A stretch of 64,000 nucleotides of DNA from Promethearchaeota archaeon (GCA_016840085.1 JAEOTA010000018.1:64001-128000), one strand, 5' to 3'; shown: positions 1 to 10,259, numbered from the stretch's first letter. Notes: a model not told the origin generated them from the sequence alone. A program made the numbers and translations.

Positions 1-590
1 TTGTTATTTTTATTATTCAAATAGCAATTTTAAGTTTATTAATATATATATTTAATTATAGATTTGTGTTAAATCTTCAATTATATCCTCCTACCTCTGA
101 TACTACAGAAGATCAAATCGCTATTATTGAGTTTTTAGCAGCCTATTTAATGTATGAAGACTTAACTGATGCATTTTTTATATATATATGCTGGTCCTTA
201 ATTTCAATAATTCCTACTATTATTTATGATGATTATATAAAAGCTTTTAAGATGAATTTAATTACATTTCTATTTCTTAATTTCTTTTTTTATATTTTCT
301 TATACAGGCATGTAAATTACTATTTTAGAGAAAATTTTTCAATTATATTTACAAAAACCTATATTACAGGAATAATAATTACAATTTTATCTATAGAGAT
401 CTCTTTAATTTTAAAAAAATTCAGAAAACCTAAATCTGAAGAAGAATTAGAAGATTTACAAATTATTACAAATAAGATTAGAACAAAATGTCCAAATTGT
501 GGAACTGAATTTAATTCTATTCCTCAATTTTGTTATAACTGTAATACAAGAATCATTAAAGACACAGAAAAAAATGTTAGAATCGAATAG
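1..590 (+). CDS. Membrane protein with C-terminal zinc ribbon (5'-truncated)
   Basis: Frame is open from the window start; several hydrophobic segments; C-terminal CPNCG-x9-CYNC. Confidence 0.7.
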   Translation, partial: VIFIIQIAILSLLIYIFNYRFVLNLQLYPPTSDTTEDQIAIIEFLAAYLMYEDLTDAFFIYICWSLISIIPTIIYDDYIKAFKMNLITFLFLNFFFYIFLYRHVNYYFRENFSIIFTKTYITGIIITILSIEISLILKKFRKPKSEEELEDLQIITNKIRTKCPNCGTEFNSIPQFCYNCNTRIIKDTEKNVRIE

Positions 591-2040
591 AAATATACAG
601 TCTTTAGAATTGTTGTTTAAACCTAGAAATGTAGTAATTTATAGAGTGAGCAAGGCGGTTGATTTTTTTGTAAAAGGATTTAAACGACAAGGATTTAACT
701 TAGAAAAGTTATATTTGATATCCCCTAAGGAAGATTCATTTTTAGGGCTTAAATGTTATAAAACCTTTGATGAGATTCCAGTAGAAACGATTGACCTTGT
801 TATATTATCTATTAGAAGAGACTTACTTATTCAAACTCTACAAGAGGTCCTTTCAAAAAAGAAGATACATTTCATTCATATCTTTACTGCGGGTACAGGG
901 GAATTTGACGATATAGGTATGGAAATTGAAAGGAATTTAAAAAAGATATTAGAGGATTATAGCAATACCAGAAGTATTGGACCTAATTGTATGGGAATTT
1001 ATAGTCCACAAGGGAAAACCGCTTATTATTCCTCTTTTCCTGTAGAACCCGGAAATATTGGTTTAATCTTTCAATCTGGAGATTTACACTCAAAAATGAT
1101 TAAATTTGGTTCTCGTAGATATAATCTTTGCTTTTCTATTGGTGTAAGTATTGGTAATTGTGTGGATATTCAAATTTCTGAAATTTTGAGTTATTTGAAT
1201 GAAGATGATAATACTGATGTAATTTGCGTTTATTTTGAAGGGATATCTCCCTTTCATAAAAATGAAGGGAAAAAATTATTAGAAGTTTTAAGAAAAATAA
1301 AAAAACCCGTTCTATTTATGAGAGGTGGAAAGACTGAACGAGGACAGACTGCTGTTTTATCACATACAGGATCTATGGCAACAAAGAAGAATATCTGGAA
1401 CGCTATATATAAACAAACACCTATTATAGAAGTTCCTTCCTCATTAGACGATTTAATTGATATTGTTTATTTGTTTTCTAATTATTTTAATCGTTACAAG
1501 AAGCTTAAAAAAAAGATTGAATATCCTATTAATAAACGGTCATTAGTTATCCTTTGGTCAGGTGGTTTTGGAATATTAGCTACTGATATGCTAATAGAAT
1601 TAGGCTTAGAAGTACCTCATTTCAAAGGTGAAACTCTGAAAAAACTTAATGAGATCTATCCAATACGAGTAGGTAGTTTATCTAATCCTTTAGATCTACC
1701 TTTTGTAACATACCAAAAAGAACTTGTAGAAGTTACTAAAGCCGCTATCGATGAAAACATTAGTTTGGTATTACTAGAAACAGATGCTTGGAAGAATATA
1801 GAAGGTGAGCGTTTTAAAGGATATTATAAGAACCTATTAGAAATAAAAGATTATGTAGAAAACCAAAATAAAATTTTTGTTATCATCTTACATCAATATC
1901 CTAGCGAATCTCGAAAAATATTCAGTGATATGCTTCTTAAAGACAATTTTCTTGTTTACCCCTCCCTTGAAGCTGCGGCTAAATCATTTCTGAAATTATA
2001 TGAATATGGGGAAGAAGTAAGGAATTCGAAGAAATCTTAA
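574..2040 (+). CDS. Acyl-CoA synthetase (NDP-forming) alpha-subunit-like, CoA-binding protein
   Basis: LFKPRNV, GPNCMG, QSG, GN, YFEG, SHTG (phospho-His), SGG, NPLDL motifs; ATG at 574 preferred over the track start at 499. Confidence 0.85.
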   Translation: MLESNRNIQSLELLFKPRNVVIYRVSKAVDFFVKGFKRQGFNLEKLYLISPKEDSFLGLKCYKTFDEIPVETIDLVILSIRRDLLIQTLQEVLSKKKIHFIHIFTAGTGEFDDIGMEIERNLKKILEDYSNTRSIGPNCMGIYSPQGKTAYYSSFPVEPGNIGLIFQSGDLHSKMIKFGSRRYNLCFSIGVSIGNCVDIQISEILSYLNEDDNTDVICVYFEGISPFHKNEGKKLLEVLRKIKKPVLFMRGGKTERGQTAVLSHTGSMATKKNIWNAIYKQTPIIEVPSSLDDLIDIVYLFSNYFNRYKKLKKKIEYPINKRSLVILWSGGFGILATDMLIELGLEVPHFKGETLKKLNEIYPIRVGSLSNPLDLPFVTYQKELVEVTKAAIDENISLVLLETDAWKNIEGERFKGYYKNLLEIKDYVENQNKIFVIILHQYPSESRKIFSDMLLKDNFLVYPSLEAAAKSFLKLYEYGEEVRNSKKS

Positions 2041-2211
2041 GTAGAATTAAGGATTGAAATTTATAATTGTAGAATTTTTCTCTATGTTTTTAGAATATTT
2101 AATTTCAATTTAATTAGAGTTATATAGAATATAATCTAAAAATCTAAAATAAATGATTAATTTGAAAATAATTAAAATATCTTTCTAATAGACATAATAG
2201 TTGTATTGCTC

Positions 2212-3690
2212 ATGACTGAAGCTAGAGAGGGAAAATCTTTAGAATTTTTGTTCAAACCTAGAAATGTAGTTATATTTGAAGCAAAAGAGAAGTTAGGATA
2301 CTTTATAGGAGGTTTTAGATCACAAGGATACAATATGGATAACCTATATTTAATTTCCCCTTCCAAAGATGAATTATTTGGGATAAAGTGTTATAAATCT
2401 CTTGATGATATTCCTACTGACACAATTGATCTATTGATTTTAGCTATAAGAAGAGAGTTCCTAATTGAATCTTTGCAAGATATCACATCTAAGAAGAAGG
2501 TCAATTTTATTCATATTTTTACAGCTGGAACTGGGGAATTTGATGAAGTTGGATTAAATATTGAAACTCAATTGAAGGAATTTTTCGATAATCATGTTGA
2601 AATACGTGCTGTAGGTCCAAATTGCATGGGTATTTATTGTCCAACAGGGCATAGCGCATATCTACCTATGTTCCCTACAGATGATGGAAATATAGGCTTA
2701 ATATATCATTCTGGGGATTTACATTCTAGAGTTATTAGGTATGGGTATAGTAGATACCGTCTCACATTTTCGAAAGGAGCCAGCATAGGCAATTGTGTTA
2801 GTTTGCAAGTTGCAGATTTTTTAGATTATTATAATAAAGATGAAGATATTGATATTATAAGCATATATTTTGAAGGTTTCCCTAGATATCAAGAATATGA
2901 AGGGAGAAAATTATTTAATCTCGCGAAATCTATGCGAAAACCTATTTTATTCTTAAGAGGAGGAATAACAAAACGGGCACAAGCAGCTGTCTTATCACAT
3001 ACATGTTCTCTGGGAACAAGCGATAGAATTTGGAAGGCTGTATATGAACAAACTCCATTAATCGAAGTTGGAAGTTCTTTAGACGAAATGATCGATGATA
3101 TGTTTATTTTTCATAGTTTTTTTAAAAAGTATAGAGATTTGCCATTAAAAGAGCAAATTAAAAGATATCCGCAAGGGAAAGACGCTTTAGTTATTTTATG
3201 GTCAGGAGGATTGGGAATACTTGATACAGATACTTTAACTAAAATTGGGATTAATTTGCCTTTATTTGATGAAAACGCCATAGAAAGATTAAGAAAAGTT
3301 TATCCTATTAGTGTTGGTTCTCTAAATAATCCGCTAGATCTGCCTTGGGTTTCTCGATCTCAACAATATTTAGATTTATGTAAAGCTGTAATAACAGAAA
3401 ATGTAGATCTTGTAATATTGCATACTAATGCTTGGGGCGGAAGAAATAAAGAGAGATTTGAAAAACATTTTAATAATCTAAAGCAAATAAGAGATCATAC
3501 CGAATCTTTAGGCAAGATGCTAATCTTAATCTTAGCTGAAACACCACATCAGTATCGAAATGATTATTATGAGCTTCTTATCAATCATGATTTTATTGTC
3601 TATCCTACCCTTGAAAGAGGAGCGAAATCTTTTTTAAAATTATATGAATTTGGTAAGAGATTAGAAAGATTAAATAAAAAGGATAACTAA
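2212..3690 (+). CDS. Acyl-CoA synthetase (NDP-forming) alpha-subunit-like paralog 2
   Basis: Same motif set (GPNCMG, SHTC, SGG, NPLDLP); clear tandem paralog of the upstream gene. Confidence 0.85.
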   Translation: MTEAREGKSLEFLFKPRNVVIFEAKEKLGYFIGGFRSQGYNMDNLYLISPSKDELFGIKCYKSLDDIPTDTIDLLILAIRREFLIESLQDITSKKKVNFIHIFTAGTGEFDEVGLNIETQLKEFFDNHVEIRAVGPNCMGIYCPTGHSAYLPMFPTDDGNIGLIYHSGDLHSRVIRYGYSRYRLTFSKGASIGNCVSLQVADFLDYYNKDEDIDIISIYFEGFPRYQEYEGRKLFNLAKSMRKPILFLRGGITKRAQAAVLSHTCSLGTSDRIWKAVYEQTPLIEVGSSLDEMIDDMFIFHSFFKKYRDLPLKEQIKRYPQGKDALVILWSGGLGILDTDTLTKIGINLPLFDENAIERLRKVYPISVGSLNNPLDLPWVSRSQQYLDLCKAVITENVDLVILHTNAWGGRNKERFEKHFNNLKQIRDHTESLGKMLILILAETPHQYRNDYYELLINHDFIVYPTLERGAKSFLKLYEFGKRLERLNKKDN

Positions 3691-3694
3691 TTCA

Positions 3695-4672
3695 ATGCTA
3701 GGAGAACTTATCGCGATTTTAGCTGTGCTGACATTTGTCGGATCTAATGTTATATTTCGCAAAACTGAGAAGGAAGTTAGTCCAACTTTTATAAACTTCT
3801 TTCGAACAGGTATAGGCACTTTAACATTTTTTCTTATAATTATCTTTTTGAACCAATTAAATCTTATTTTCATAATTCCATGGGAATTATGGTTTCTATT
3901 AATCTTGAGTTTCATCTTTGGTCAAGTGATCGGAGATACAGCTTATTTCACTGCTCAGAAAGAGCTTGGAACAACCATAACTCTTGCTATTTCAATGACA
4001 TTTCCCCTTTTTACCTTCATATTATCTTTAATTTTTCTTAAAAGTCCGTTTAAATTCAATTTGATTTTATCACTAATTTTGATTGGATTTGGAATAACTA
4101 TTATTGGAAGTTCCAAAATAAATTCTGAAAATTCAAAACAGGAAAAGAATCTTACCTTAAATAGCTCTATTAAAAATAGATTTCGAGACATTTTTAGGAA
4201 GGATGTAATCAAAGCAATAGGTTTTTGTTTTATAGCGTCTCTCGGGTGGGCAGTTGGGGCTGTTATAATTGAATTTGCAACTGCTCAAATAGATCAGATT
4301 ATTCATATTGAAGAACTAAGTTCTATTGTAGGAAATGTAATCAGATTCCCATTTGCACTATTAATCTTAGGCTCAATGGTGTTGAGAGAAAATTATTTAA
4401 ACAAAAATAATGAAATTTTATCTAATAAAAAGAAGTCTCTTCGCACCTGGATTTTATTGATAGTTGCCTCAATTATTGGGACTTCTTTGGGAGCATATCT
4501 ATATACTGAATCCGTACATATAGCAGGAGCAAATATTGTATCATTGATTGCTAGCGCGAGCCCTTTATTCGCACTCCCGTTGACATACTTAGTAAATAAG
4601 GAAAAAATTTCTAAATTTGGTTTTATTGGCGTAATTTTAACTATTGCAGGCGTATTAGTTATCTTGATATAA
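3695..4672 (+). CDS. EamA/DMT family transporter
   Basis: About 10 TM helices in two repeats; SP..INFFR, PLFT and SPLFA...KEK motifs. Confidence 0.85.
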   Translation: MLGELIAILAVLTFVGSNVIFRKTEKEVSPTFINFFRTGIGTLTFFLIIIFLNQLNLIFIIPWELWFLLILSFIFGQVIGDTAYFTAQKELGTTITLAISMTFPLFTFILSLIFLKSPFKFNLILSLILIGFGITIIGSSKINSENSKQEKNLTLNSSIKNRFRDIFRKDVIKAIGFCFIASLGWAVGAVIIEFATAQIDQIIHIEELSSIVGNVIRFPFALLILGSMVLRENYLNKNNEILSNKKKSLRTWILLIVASIIGTSLGAYLYTESVHIAGANIVSLIASASPLFALPLTYLVNKEKISKFGFIGVILTIAGVLVILI

Positions 4673-4677
4673 ACCTA

Positions 4678-5757
4678 TTATATATAATATTGCTCAAAGA
4701 GTTTTATTTCATGCTCTATATCTTTAAGCGTCTCCAATTCTTCTTTAGTAGGAGATTCTTCTTCATAAATATCATATATCTTTAAATTTAAATTCTTTCT
4801 GACTAATTTTTCTAATTTATTAATCTTTTGTTTAGTAGCAAAAAATTTAATCATTTTAAATTTCAACTTTGTCATCTTTTTTTCCCATTCTTTTGTGAAC
4901 TCTCCATTTTGAATATTTTTTAAAATAGATTCCATCACTGGTTTTACAGGCAGCTTCCTAAATTTGATTCCTCTGCTCATTGCCCCATATTGACTTGTTT
5001 GCGAATGGAAATCGACTTGTTTTATTAATCCAACATCAGCCATTTTTTTATACGTATAGGACATTTCATTGCTCATATACATCTCAACTAATACTGCCTC
5101 AGGAGGATATCCAGCATCTATGAGCGTATAAATAGCTGATAATAGTACTCGACCAAATGCAGGCCCAAATCCTTGTTCATTAAATAAATCTAATTCTGCT
5201 TCTTGTTTAAAAGTCAATTCTATTGCTCCTTTCTTCAAAGTTCCGATTGCTTTAGCTAAAGCTAGTAAAATTTCTAATGCGTTTCCAGAAAAGTCTTTCT
5301 CAATAGCTATAAAACTAAAAAAACCATTTTTATTGAGATAATTTTCTCTAACACCTACACCAATCATTCTCGGAGCTAATAACAATATATCCACATCTTT
5401 AGGATGTTTAATTAGTTTAAATCCTATGTTATATCCACTAGCAAAAACTAAAGCACTCTGAGATTTCAAGTTTGGTCTAATCTGAGTTTCAAATACAACA
5501 TTCATAATTTCATCGGGAATAAGAAGAAAAGTTATATCACTCTTGTTGACAGCTTCCTCAATTGAGAATGTAGAAAATCCATCGTTTATTGCCATTTGTT
5601 TAAACCTATCCGATCTATTACCAATAATTACATTTAAACCAGAATCTCTTAAATTAAGTGCTTGGGCTCTTCCTTGATTGCCATAACCTATCATGGCAAT
5701 CGTTTTATCTTTTAAAAATGAAAGATTTCCATCATTCTCATGATATATATTTACCAT
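4678..5757 (-). CDS. ilvC: Ketol-acid reductoisomerase
   Basis: IGYGNQGRAQALNLRDSG, LIPDE, TFKQEAELDLFNEQ, GYPPE, SQTSQYG. Confidence 0.92.
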   Translation of the reverse strand: MVNIYHENDGNLSFLKDKTIAMIGYGNQGRAQALNLRDSGLNVIIGNRSDRFKQMAINDGFSTFSIEEAVNKSDITFLLIPDEIMNVVFETQIRPNLKSQSALVFASGYNIGFKLIKHPKDVDILLLAPRMIGVGVRENYLNKNGFFSFIAIEKDFSGNALEILLALAKAIGTLKKGAIELTFKQEAELDLFNEQGFGPAFGRVLLSAIYTLIDAGYPPEAVLVEMYMSNEMSYTYKKMADVGLIKQVDFHSQTSQYGAMSRGIKFRKLPVKPVMESILKNIQNGEFTKEWEKKMTKLKFKMIKFFATKQKINKLEKLVRKNLNLKIYDIYEEESPTKEELETLKDIEHEIKLFEQYYI

Positions 5758-5832
5758 TCTAATAAACCTCTAATATAAAGAGTATCTTGAAAAATATCTC
5801 CGAAAAAATAATAACTCGATTACATAACTTTA

Positions 5833-6438
5833 TTAAATTTTGTCGTAATCCAAATTATTTTTCTCTAAAATCTTAGTAACTAATTCTTTAAAAATAAGAT
5901 CGATATTATAATTCTCTTTTGAAGATGTCTTATAAAAATCTGCTTCTTTATGTCGTTTCATAAATCGATTTACAACTAAGTCATCTACTCTTGTTTTCTC
6001 ATCAGCAATTTTAACAAGATCATATTTAGTACCAACACACATCCTTGATGTCTCACCATGATTATATTCGCCTAATCTCTCATACCACCAATCCAATCTT
6101 AAGAGAGTTTGAAGATCTACTAAATCAAAAACCATAAATATTCCATTTGCACCATTAATATAATATGGAAACAGCTTTTTAAATTGTTCACGTCCACCAA
6201 AATCCCAAATACTAATTCTCACATATGTTTCTTCGCCATTTACTATTATTGGAAGATCATATGTGTAAAACTCGATTCCTAATGTTTCTTTTGTATTAAC
6301 ATCAAATGTATCGAAACATAATCGTTTTGCAATACATGTTTTCCCTACTCTTTCTTGCCCCAAAATGACGATCTTAAAAATATAGATTGGTTTCTTCCTA
6401 TTTTCAACGCTAGAGAGTGGGTTTTCTTCTGCGGTCAT
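5833..6438 (-). CDS. Rab/Ras-like small GTPase
   Basis: G1 GQERVGKT, G2 TLG, G3 WDFGG, G4 TKYD, G5 TSSK. Confidence 0.9.
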   Translation of the reverse strand: MTAEENPLSSVENRKKPIYIFKIVILGQERVGKTCIAKRLCFDTFDVNTKETLGIEFYTYDLPIIVNGEETYVRISIWDFGGREQFKKLFPYYINGANGIFMVFDLVDLQTLLRLDWWYERLGEYNHGETSRMCVGTKYDLVKIADEKTRVDDLVVNRFMKRHKEADFYKTSSKENYNIDLIFKELVTKILEKNNLDYDKI

Positions 6439-6632
6439 AAAAAAATTTAATAGTGTGTTAATTAATAAATTTTAAACTTTATAATAAAAAAACAATAAGG
6501 GATTTATAAATTTTTAACATTCTAATTTAAATTATTATTTTTTTCACTTAGTTTTTAAATCTTTTAATAATATTTTTAGACTATATCTAGAAATTATTTT
6601 TTATTAAAATTTTCTGTAATTAATGATTCTAT

Positions 6633-7409
6633 GTGATGGATGTGAAAAACGAAGATTTGCTCAATTTTTTCATATCTGAAGCTGACCACCCGTTCTCAGG
6701 GTGGGATTTTTCCTATATTAGCGACAGAGTTGTAAATACACCTTTAACTTGGAGTTATACAAGTAATATATTACCACAAATAAGGAAGGTAGATTCTCTT
6801 TTAGATATAGGGACAGGTGGTGGAGAATATTTATCTTCATTTGTACCTCTACCAAATCATACATGCGCAACTGAAGGATATAAACCCAATGTACCTATAG
6901 CAAGAAATCAATTAGAACCATTAGGGGTGAAAGTGGTATACTGTAAAGATGATGAGAATCTTCCCTTTAATGATGGAGAATTTGATTTAGTCATTAATCG
7001 GCATGAATCCTATTCCCCCAAGGAAGTTTATAGAATCCTTAAGTCTGAAGGAGTGTTTATTACCCAACAAGTTGGAGATAAAAATGATTCAAAACTCCGA
7101 CTTGTGTTAACCGGTAAAGAAGAATTAGAAGTCTTTATAGAATGGAATTTGGATTTCGCATCAAAAGAATTAGAACAAATTGGTTTCCAAATAATAGAAG
7201 GTTATGAAGATATAACATCGACGCGAATCTTTGATGTCGGAGCCATAGTGTTTTATTTTAAAGCTATACCCTGGGAATTACCTGACTTCTCCGTAAAGAA
7301 ATATTATAATAAATTGATTGAAATTCATAACCATATTGCTGATAAGGGATACTTAGATTTAGACGATAATAATCACAGATTTTTAATAAAAGCAAAAAAA
7401 CCTAAATAA
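6633..7409 (+). CDS. Class I SAM-dependent methyltransferase
   Basis: LLDIGTGGGE, LPF.DGEFDLVINRH, GWDFS N-terminal motif. Confidence 0.88.
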   Translation: MMDVKNEDLLNFFISEADHPFSGWDFSYISDRVVNTPLTWSYTSNILPQIRKVDSLLDIGTGGGEYLSSFVPLPNHTCATEGYKPNVPIARNQLEPLGVKVVYCKDDENLPFNDGEFDLVINRHESYSPKEVYRILKSEGVFITQQVGDKNDSKLRLVLTGKEELEVFIEWNLDFASKELEQIGFQIIEGYEDITSTRIFDVGAIVFYFKAIPWELPDFSVKKYYNKLIEIHNHIADKGYLDLDDNNHRFLIKAKKPK

Positions 7410-7423
7410 GAGTGTCGATCTAA

Positions 7424-8485
7424 TTATGATTTTTCTAAAGATTTTAAATTAATTTTTCCCTTGTGGAGAATTTCTGCATAAGAAGGTTGTATGTGTTGCC
7501 AAGCTCCATCATTTATTATTTCTATTTGTTGAGTGTTAATAGTTATATTGGATATTCCCTTGTGATGAGAATGCCCATATATAACATGATTTACTTTTGA
7601 AAAATCATATTCTTCATCCACTAAGAACTCTTTTATTTCATCAAGATAATAATCAGGTTTACTCGCACGTTCCCATTTTTTCATTATTCGCATGTTCGCT
7701 TTAATTAAATTAAATTCTAAAATGCTAAGCTCCGAAAAAAGTGCATCAATTGATTCTGAAGATACCTTTTTTAATCTTGCTAATTCTTCTTTCATTTCTT
7801 CGAATCTAATAGGTTTTATTTTTCTCCCATTCTTAATTACTTCGTTCCAGAAATAATCATAAGTCTCTTTTACTTCAAACTTATTATTAGAAATTAATGA
7901 TTTCCATATTTGTCCTACAAAAAATCGGTATATATTACTATCAAACTGATAGCCATGTGTCATTAAACACTTGTAATCACTGTCTAAATCAAGTCCCTCA
8001 ACTTTTACTTTCTTAAGTGGTTTATTTTCAATTTGATCTCGCGAATTGTACATTAAGAGCATGTCTTCATTATTCCACTTTGTTAGTATTATGTATTGAT
8101 AGAATAACTCACCGTTAAACAATTCAAAGAAATTACTGTGCTTAAATTTATTTAAAAACTTTTTTTTTCTGCGTTCAAATTTCTCATCGTAGTCTCCGGT
8201 AACAGGAATTTCATGATTTCCAAGAACAAAAATTAGGTTCATATTATTTTTAATCTGAAGTATTAGTGTAAAAATTTCTTGAATTTTTTCCCTTTTTAAA
8301 ATTGCTATAGGCGTATCAGTACATAAATCAATAAAATCTCCTAATATTATAAGAACTTGCAAATCATTCCCGAACTCTCCATTAATAATATCACTTAAAA
8401 ATTGAATAAATAAATCTCTTTCACTATCTAAGGAACCTAAATGTATGTCTGACACAACTAATATTTTAGGATTCATTTCACTCAT
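7424..8485 (-). CDS. Calcineurin-like metallophosphoesterase (LpxH-like motif set)
   Basis: SDIHLG, LGDFID, GNHE, THG, GHSH, NDGAW. Confidence 0.88.
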   Translation of the reverse strand: MSEMNPKILVVSDIHLGSLDSERDLFIQFLSDIINGEFGNDLQVLIILGDFIDLCTDTPIAILKREKIQEIFTLILQIKNNMNLIFVLGNHEIPVTGDYDEKFERRKKKFLNKFKHSNFFELFNGELFYQYIILTKWNNEDMLLMYNSRDQIENKPLKKVKVEGLDLDSDYKCLMTHGYQFDSNIYRFFVGQIWKSLISNNKFEVKETYDYFWNEVIKNGRKIKPIRFEEMKEELARLKKVSSESIDALFSELSILEFNLIKANMRIMKKWERASKPDYYLDEIKEFLVDEEYDFSKVNHVIYGHSHHKGISNITINTQQIEIINDGAWQHIQPSYAEILHKGKINLKSLEKS

Positions 8486-9050
8486 TTTTTAATGCTCCAC
8501 TTTTAGTTAAATTATTTTAATATTATTAAAATAAAATTTAATCGAATTATTAAGAAGTTTGCCTAATTTTTAAATTAGTGTAAAAAAAAAAAATAAAAGA
8601 AATTAAGAAAAATTCTAATCATTGCTTCAAAAATGTTTTGTTGTAGATTTTTGAAATTATAAATACTTTAATCTTTTATCTCCCATAATATTTACCATAA
8701 AAGCGTCAATAGATTTCACCTTATCCTAGAGTTTTACTTTTTCAACTTACTAAAACATGCTCATCTGAAATCAAAAATTGATCATTTCCAATTAACTGAA
8801 CTCACTAGTAAAAAATTTGTTAATTATTTTCATCAATTTTTTTTGTCGACCATATTTGATTGATCACATTTATCGAATTAATCATAATCAACCAACACAT
8901 TTAAATATAAGAAATAACAATTTAGTTATAAATACATCAGTTTTTATTAAATTTATTACAAAATTAAAAATTAAAATCCTTACTCCTTTCATAAAAAAGG
9001 TTAAGGAAATTAACCAAAATTAAGAATTCGTGGAGGATTGAAAAAATATC

Positions 9051-9257
9051 ATGGCAGCATTCGCTTGGTCTCCTTTGCGCGCTTTAATGAAGAAAGCAGG
9101 GGCTGAAATCGTAAGTCGCGCAGCGGTTGACAAATTAATGGATTTCTTAGAAGAGTACGCAAAAAATCTTACAGGATGCGCACTCGATATTGCTAAGCAT
9201 TCCGGAAGAAAGAAAGTAACTGCAGCAGATATGAAAATCGCTATTGGATTAGTTTAA
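9051..9257 (+). CDS. Archaeal histone (HMf-like fold, no tail)
   Basis: PLRALMKKAGA..VS, A...AKHSGRKKV...D; GGAGG upstream. Confidence 0.95.
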   Translation: MAAFAWSPLRALMKKAGAEIVSRAAVDKLMDFLEEYAKNLTGCALDIAKHSGRKKVTAADMKIAIGLV

Positions 9258-9275
9258 AGCGATTATCTGCTATTC

Positions 9276-9297
9276 TTTCGGGTTGCTTAACTCGAAA
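9276..9297. terminator. Hairpin between the convergent histone and Zn-finger genes
   Basis: TTTCGGGTT-GCTT-AACTCGAAA, 9-bp stem with one G-U pair. Confidence 0.45.
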
Positions 9298-9299
9298 AA

Positions 9300-9656
9300 T
9301 TAAATAATTTCTTTTTTTTTTTTATTTTCTTTTATACTATCTAAACAGTCGACACATATCCAACACTTGCCACTAGGAACATAATCCATATCCTTTATAC
9401 TAGAACTACAAACAGCACATAAACATATTGAATGTGTTAAAGCTCTATATAACATGTATCTCTCTTCCCTGACAGCTTTGAACCTTTTCATTTGAGAATT
9501 AGTCAAATTTATCTTAGAAAGATAAATATTACATAAAGAAGTAAGACGATTATACTCGTTCTCTGTAAATATTAAAAACAACTTTCTAAGATTATCTCTT
9601 ACTTTTCTTAACTTAGGATCTCTTATAACAACTAATTTACTAAAAATTGTTTCCAT
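9300..9656 (-). CDS. Hypothetical protein with C-terminal Cys4 zinc finger
   Basis: CAVC...WICVDC. Confidence 0.7.
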   Translation of the reverse strand: METIFSKLVVIRDPKLRKVRDNLRKLFLIFTENEYNRLTSLCNIYLSKINLTNSQMKRFKAVREERYMLYRALTHSICLCAVCSSSIKDMDYVPSGKCWICVDCLDSIKENKKKKEII

Positions 9657-9808
9657 TCTCTTTTATTCCCTAATTCTTCTTCATTTACAATCTGAATAGG
9701 ATGGCCAGAATGTAATGAATCAAACATTTCCAATTTTTCTTTATTGATATAATTATCCTCAAGAATCGGTACATATTCATGACATTTAAAACATACTTTT
9801 AGCCTTAT
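9632..9808 (-). CDS. Small CxxC...HxxH zinc-finger protein, 58 aa, ATA start (not in ORF track)
   Basis: Manual translation (M)RLKVCFKCHEYVPILEDNYINKEKLEMFDSLHSGHPIQIVNEEELGNKREWKQFLVN; in-frame TAA directly before the ATA; GAAGTGA SD-like motif. Confidence 0.65.
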   Translation of the reverse strand: MRLKVCFKCHEYVPILEDNYINKEKLEMFDSLHSGHPIQIVNEEELGNKREWKQFLVN

Positions 9809-9972
9809 TTAAGTCACTTCCTTTCTTTATATTAATATTTGTACTCATGCTTATATATCGACACAGTTATAAAATAAATTTCCAAAAAGTAGTATGGAGA
9901 ATATATTAACACCATATCCTGATTTACTTAAATTTAATTTTTATTATTTACCTAAATTCTGACATAAAGAGA

Positions 9973-10097
9973 AGGGAAGAGAAAAGAAATCTGAGCAATC
10001 ATAAAAAAATCAGGGAGAGATTAAACTCAATAGAGTTTAATAGAGGGCGAAATCCAATGTATAGCTCACATTATCTTTGAATAAATTTCTCTTCCCT
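9973..10097. other. Candidate structured element (ncRNA or MITE-like) bounded by a 12-bp perfect inverted repeat
   Basis: AGGGAAGAGAAA (9973-9984) / TTTCTCTTCCCT (10086-10097); internal 9-bp hairpin at 10020-10041. Confidence 0.35.
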
Positions 10098-10259
10098 ATT
10101 TTTATAGATACATTCAAATATACAAACATTTACATTTTTCTGAACGTGACTCAATAAGTTGCTATTTTATTCTTCTTAAAATATTTACTAAAATTTTTGA
10201 AAAATCAATAATTATTCAGAAACAATGAGAGAAAATTAAATTGACTTACATTTAAGTAA

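Noticed and set aside
7424-8485. Metallophosphoesterase as the Mre11 partner of NurA
   Set aside because: Motif pattern (DIHLG...GHSH...NDGAW) is LpxH-like, it is 7 kb from nurA, and no rad50 is present.
9276-9297. Hairpin after the histone gene as a metazoan-type histone mRNA stem-loop
   Set aside because: Sequence does not match the GGYYYU-UYUH-ARRRCC-type consensus; a terminator between convergent genes is simpler.
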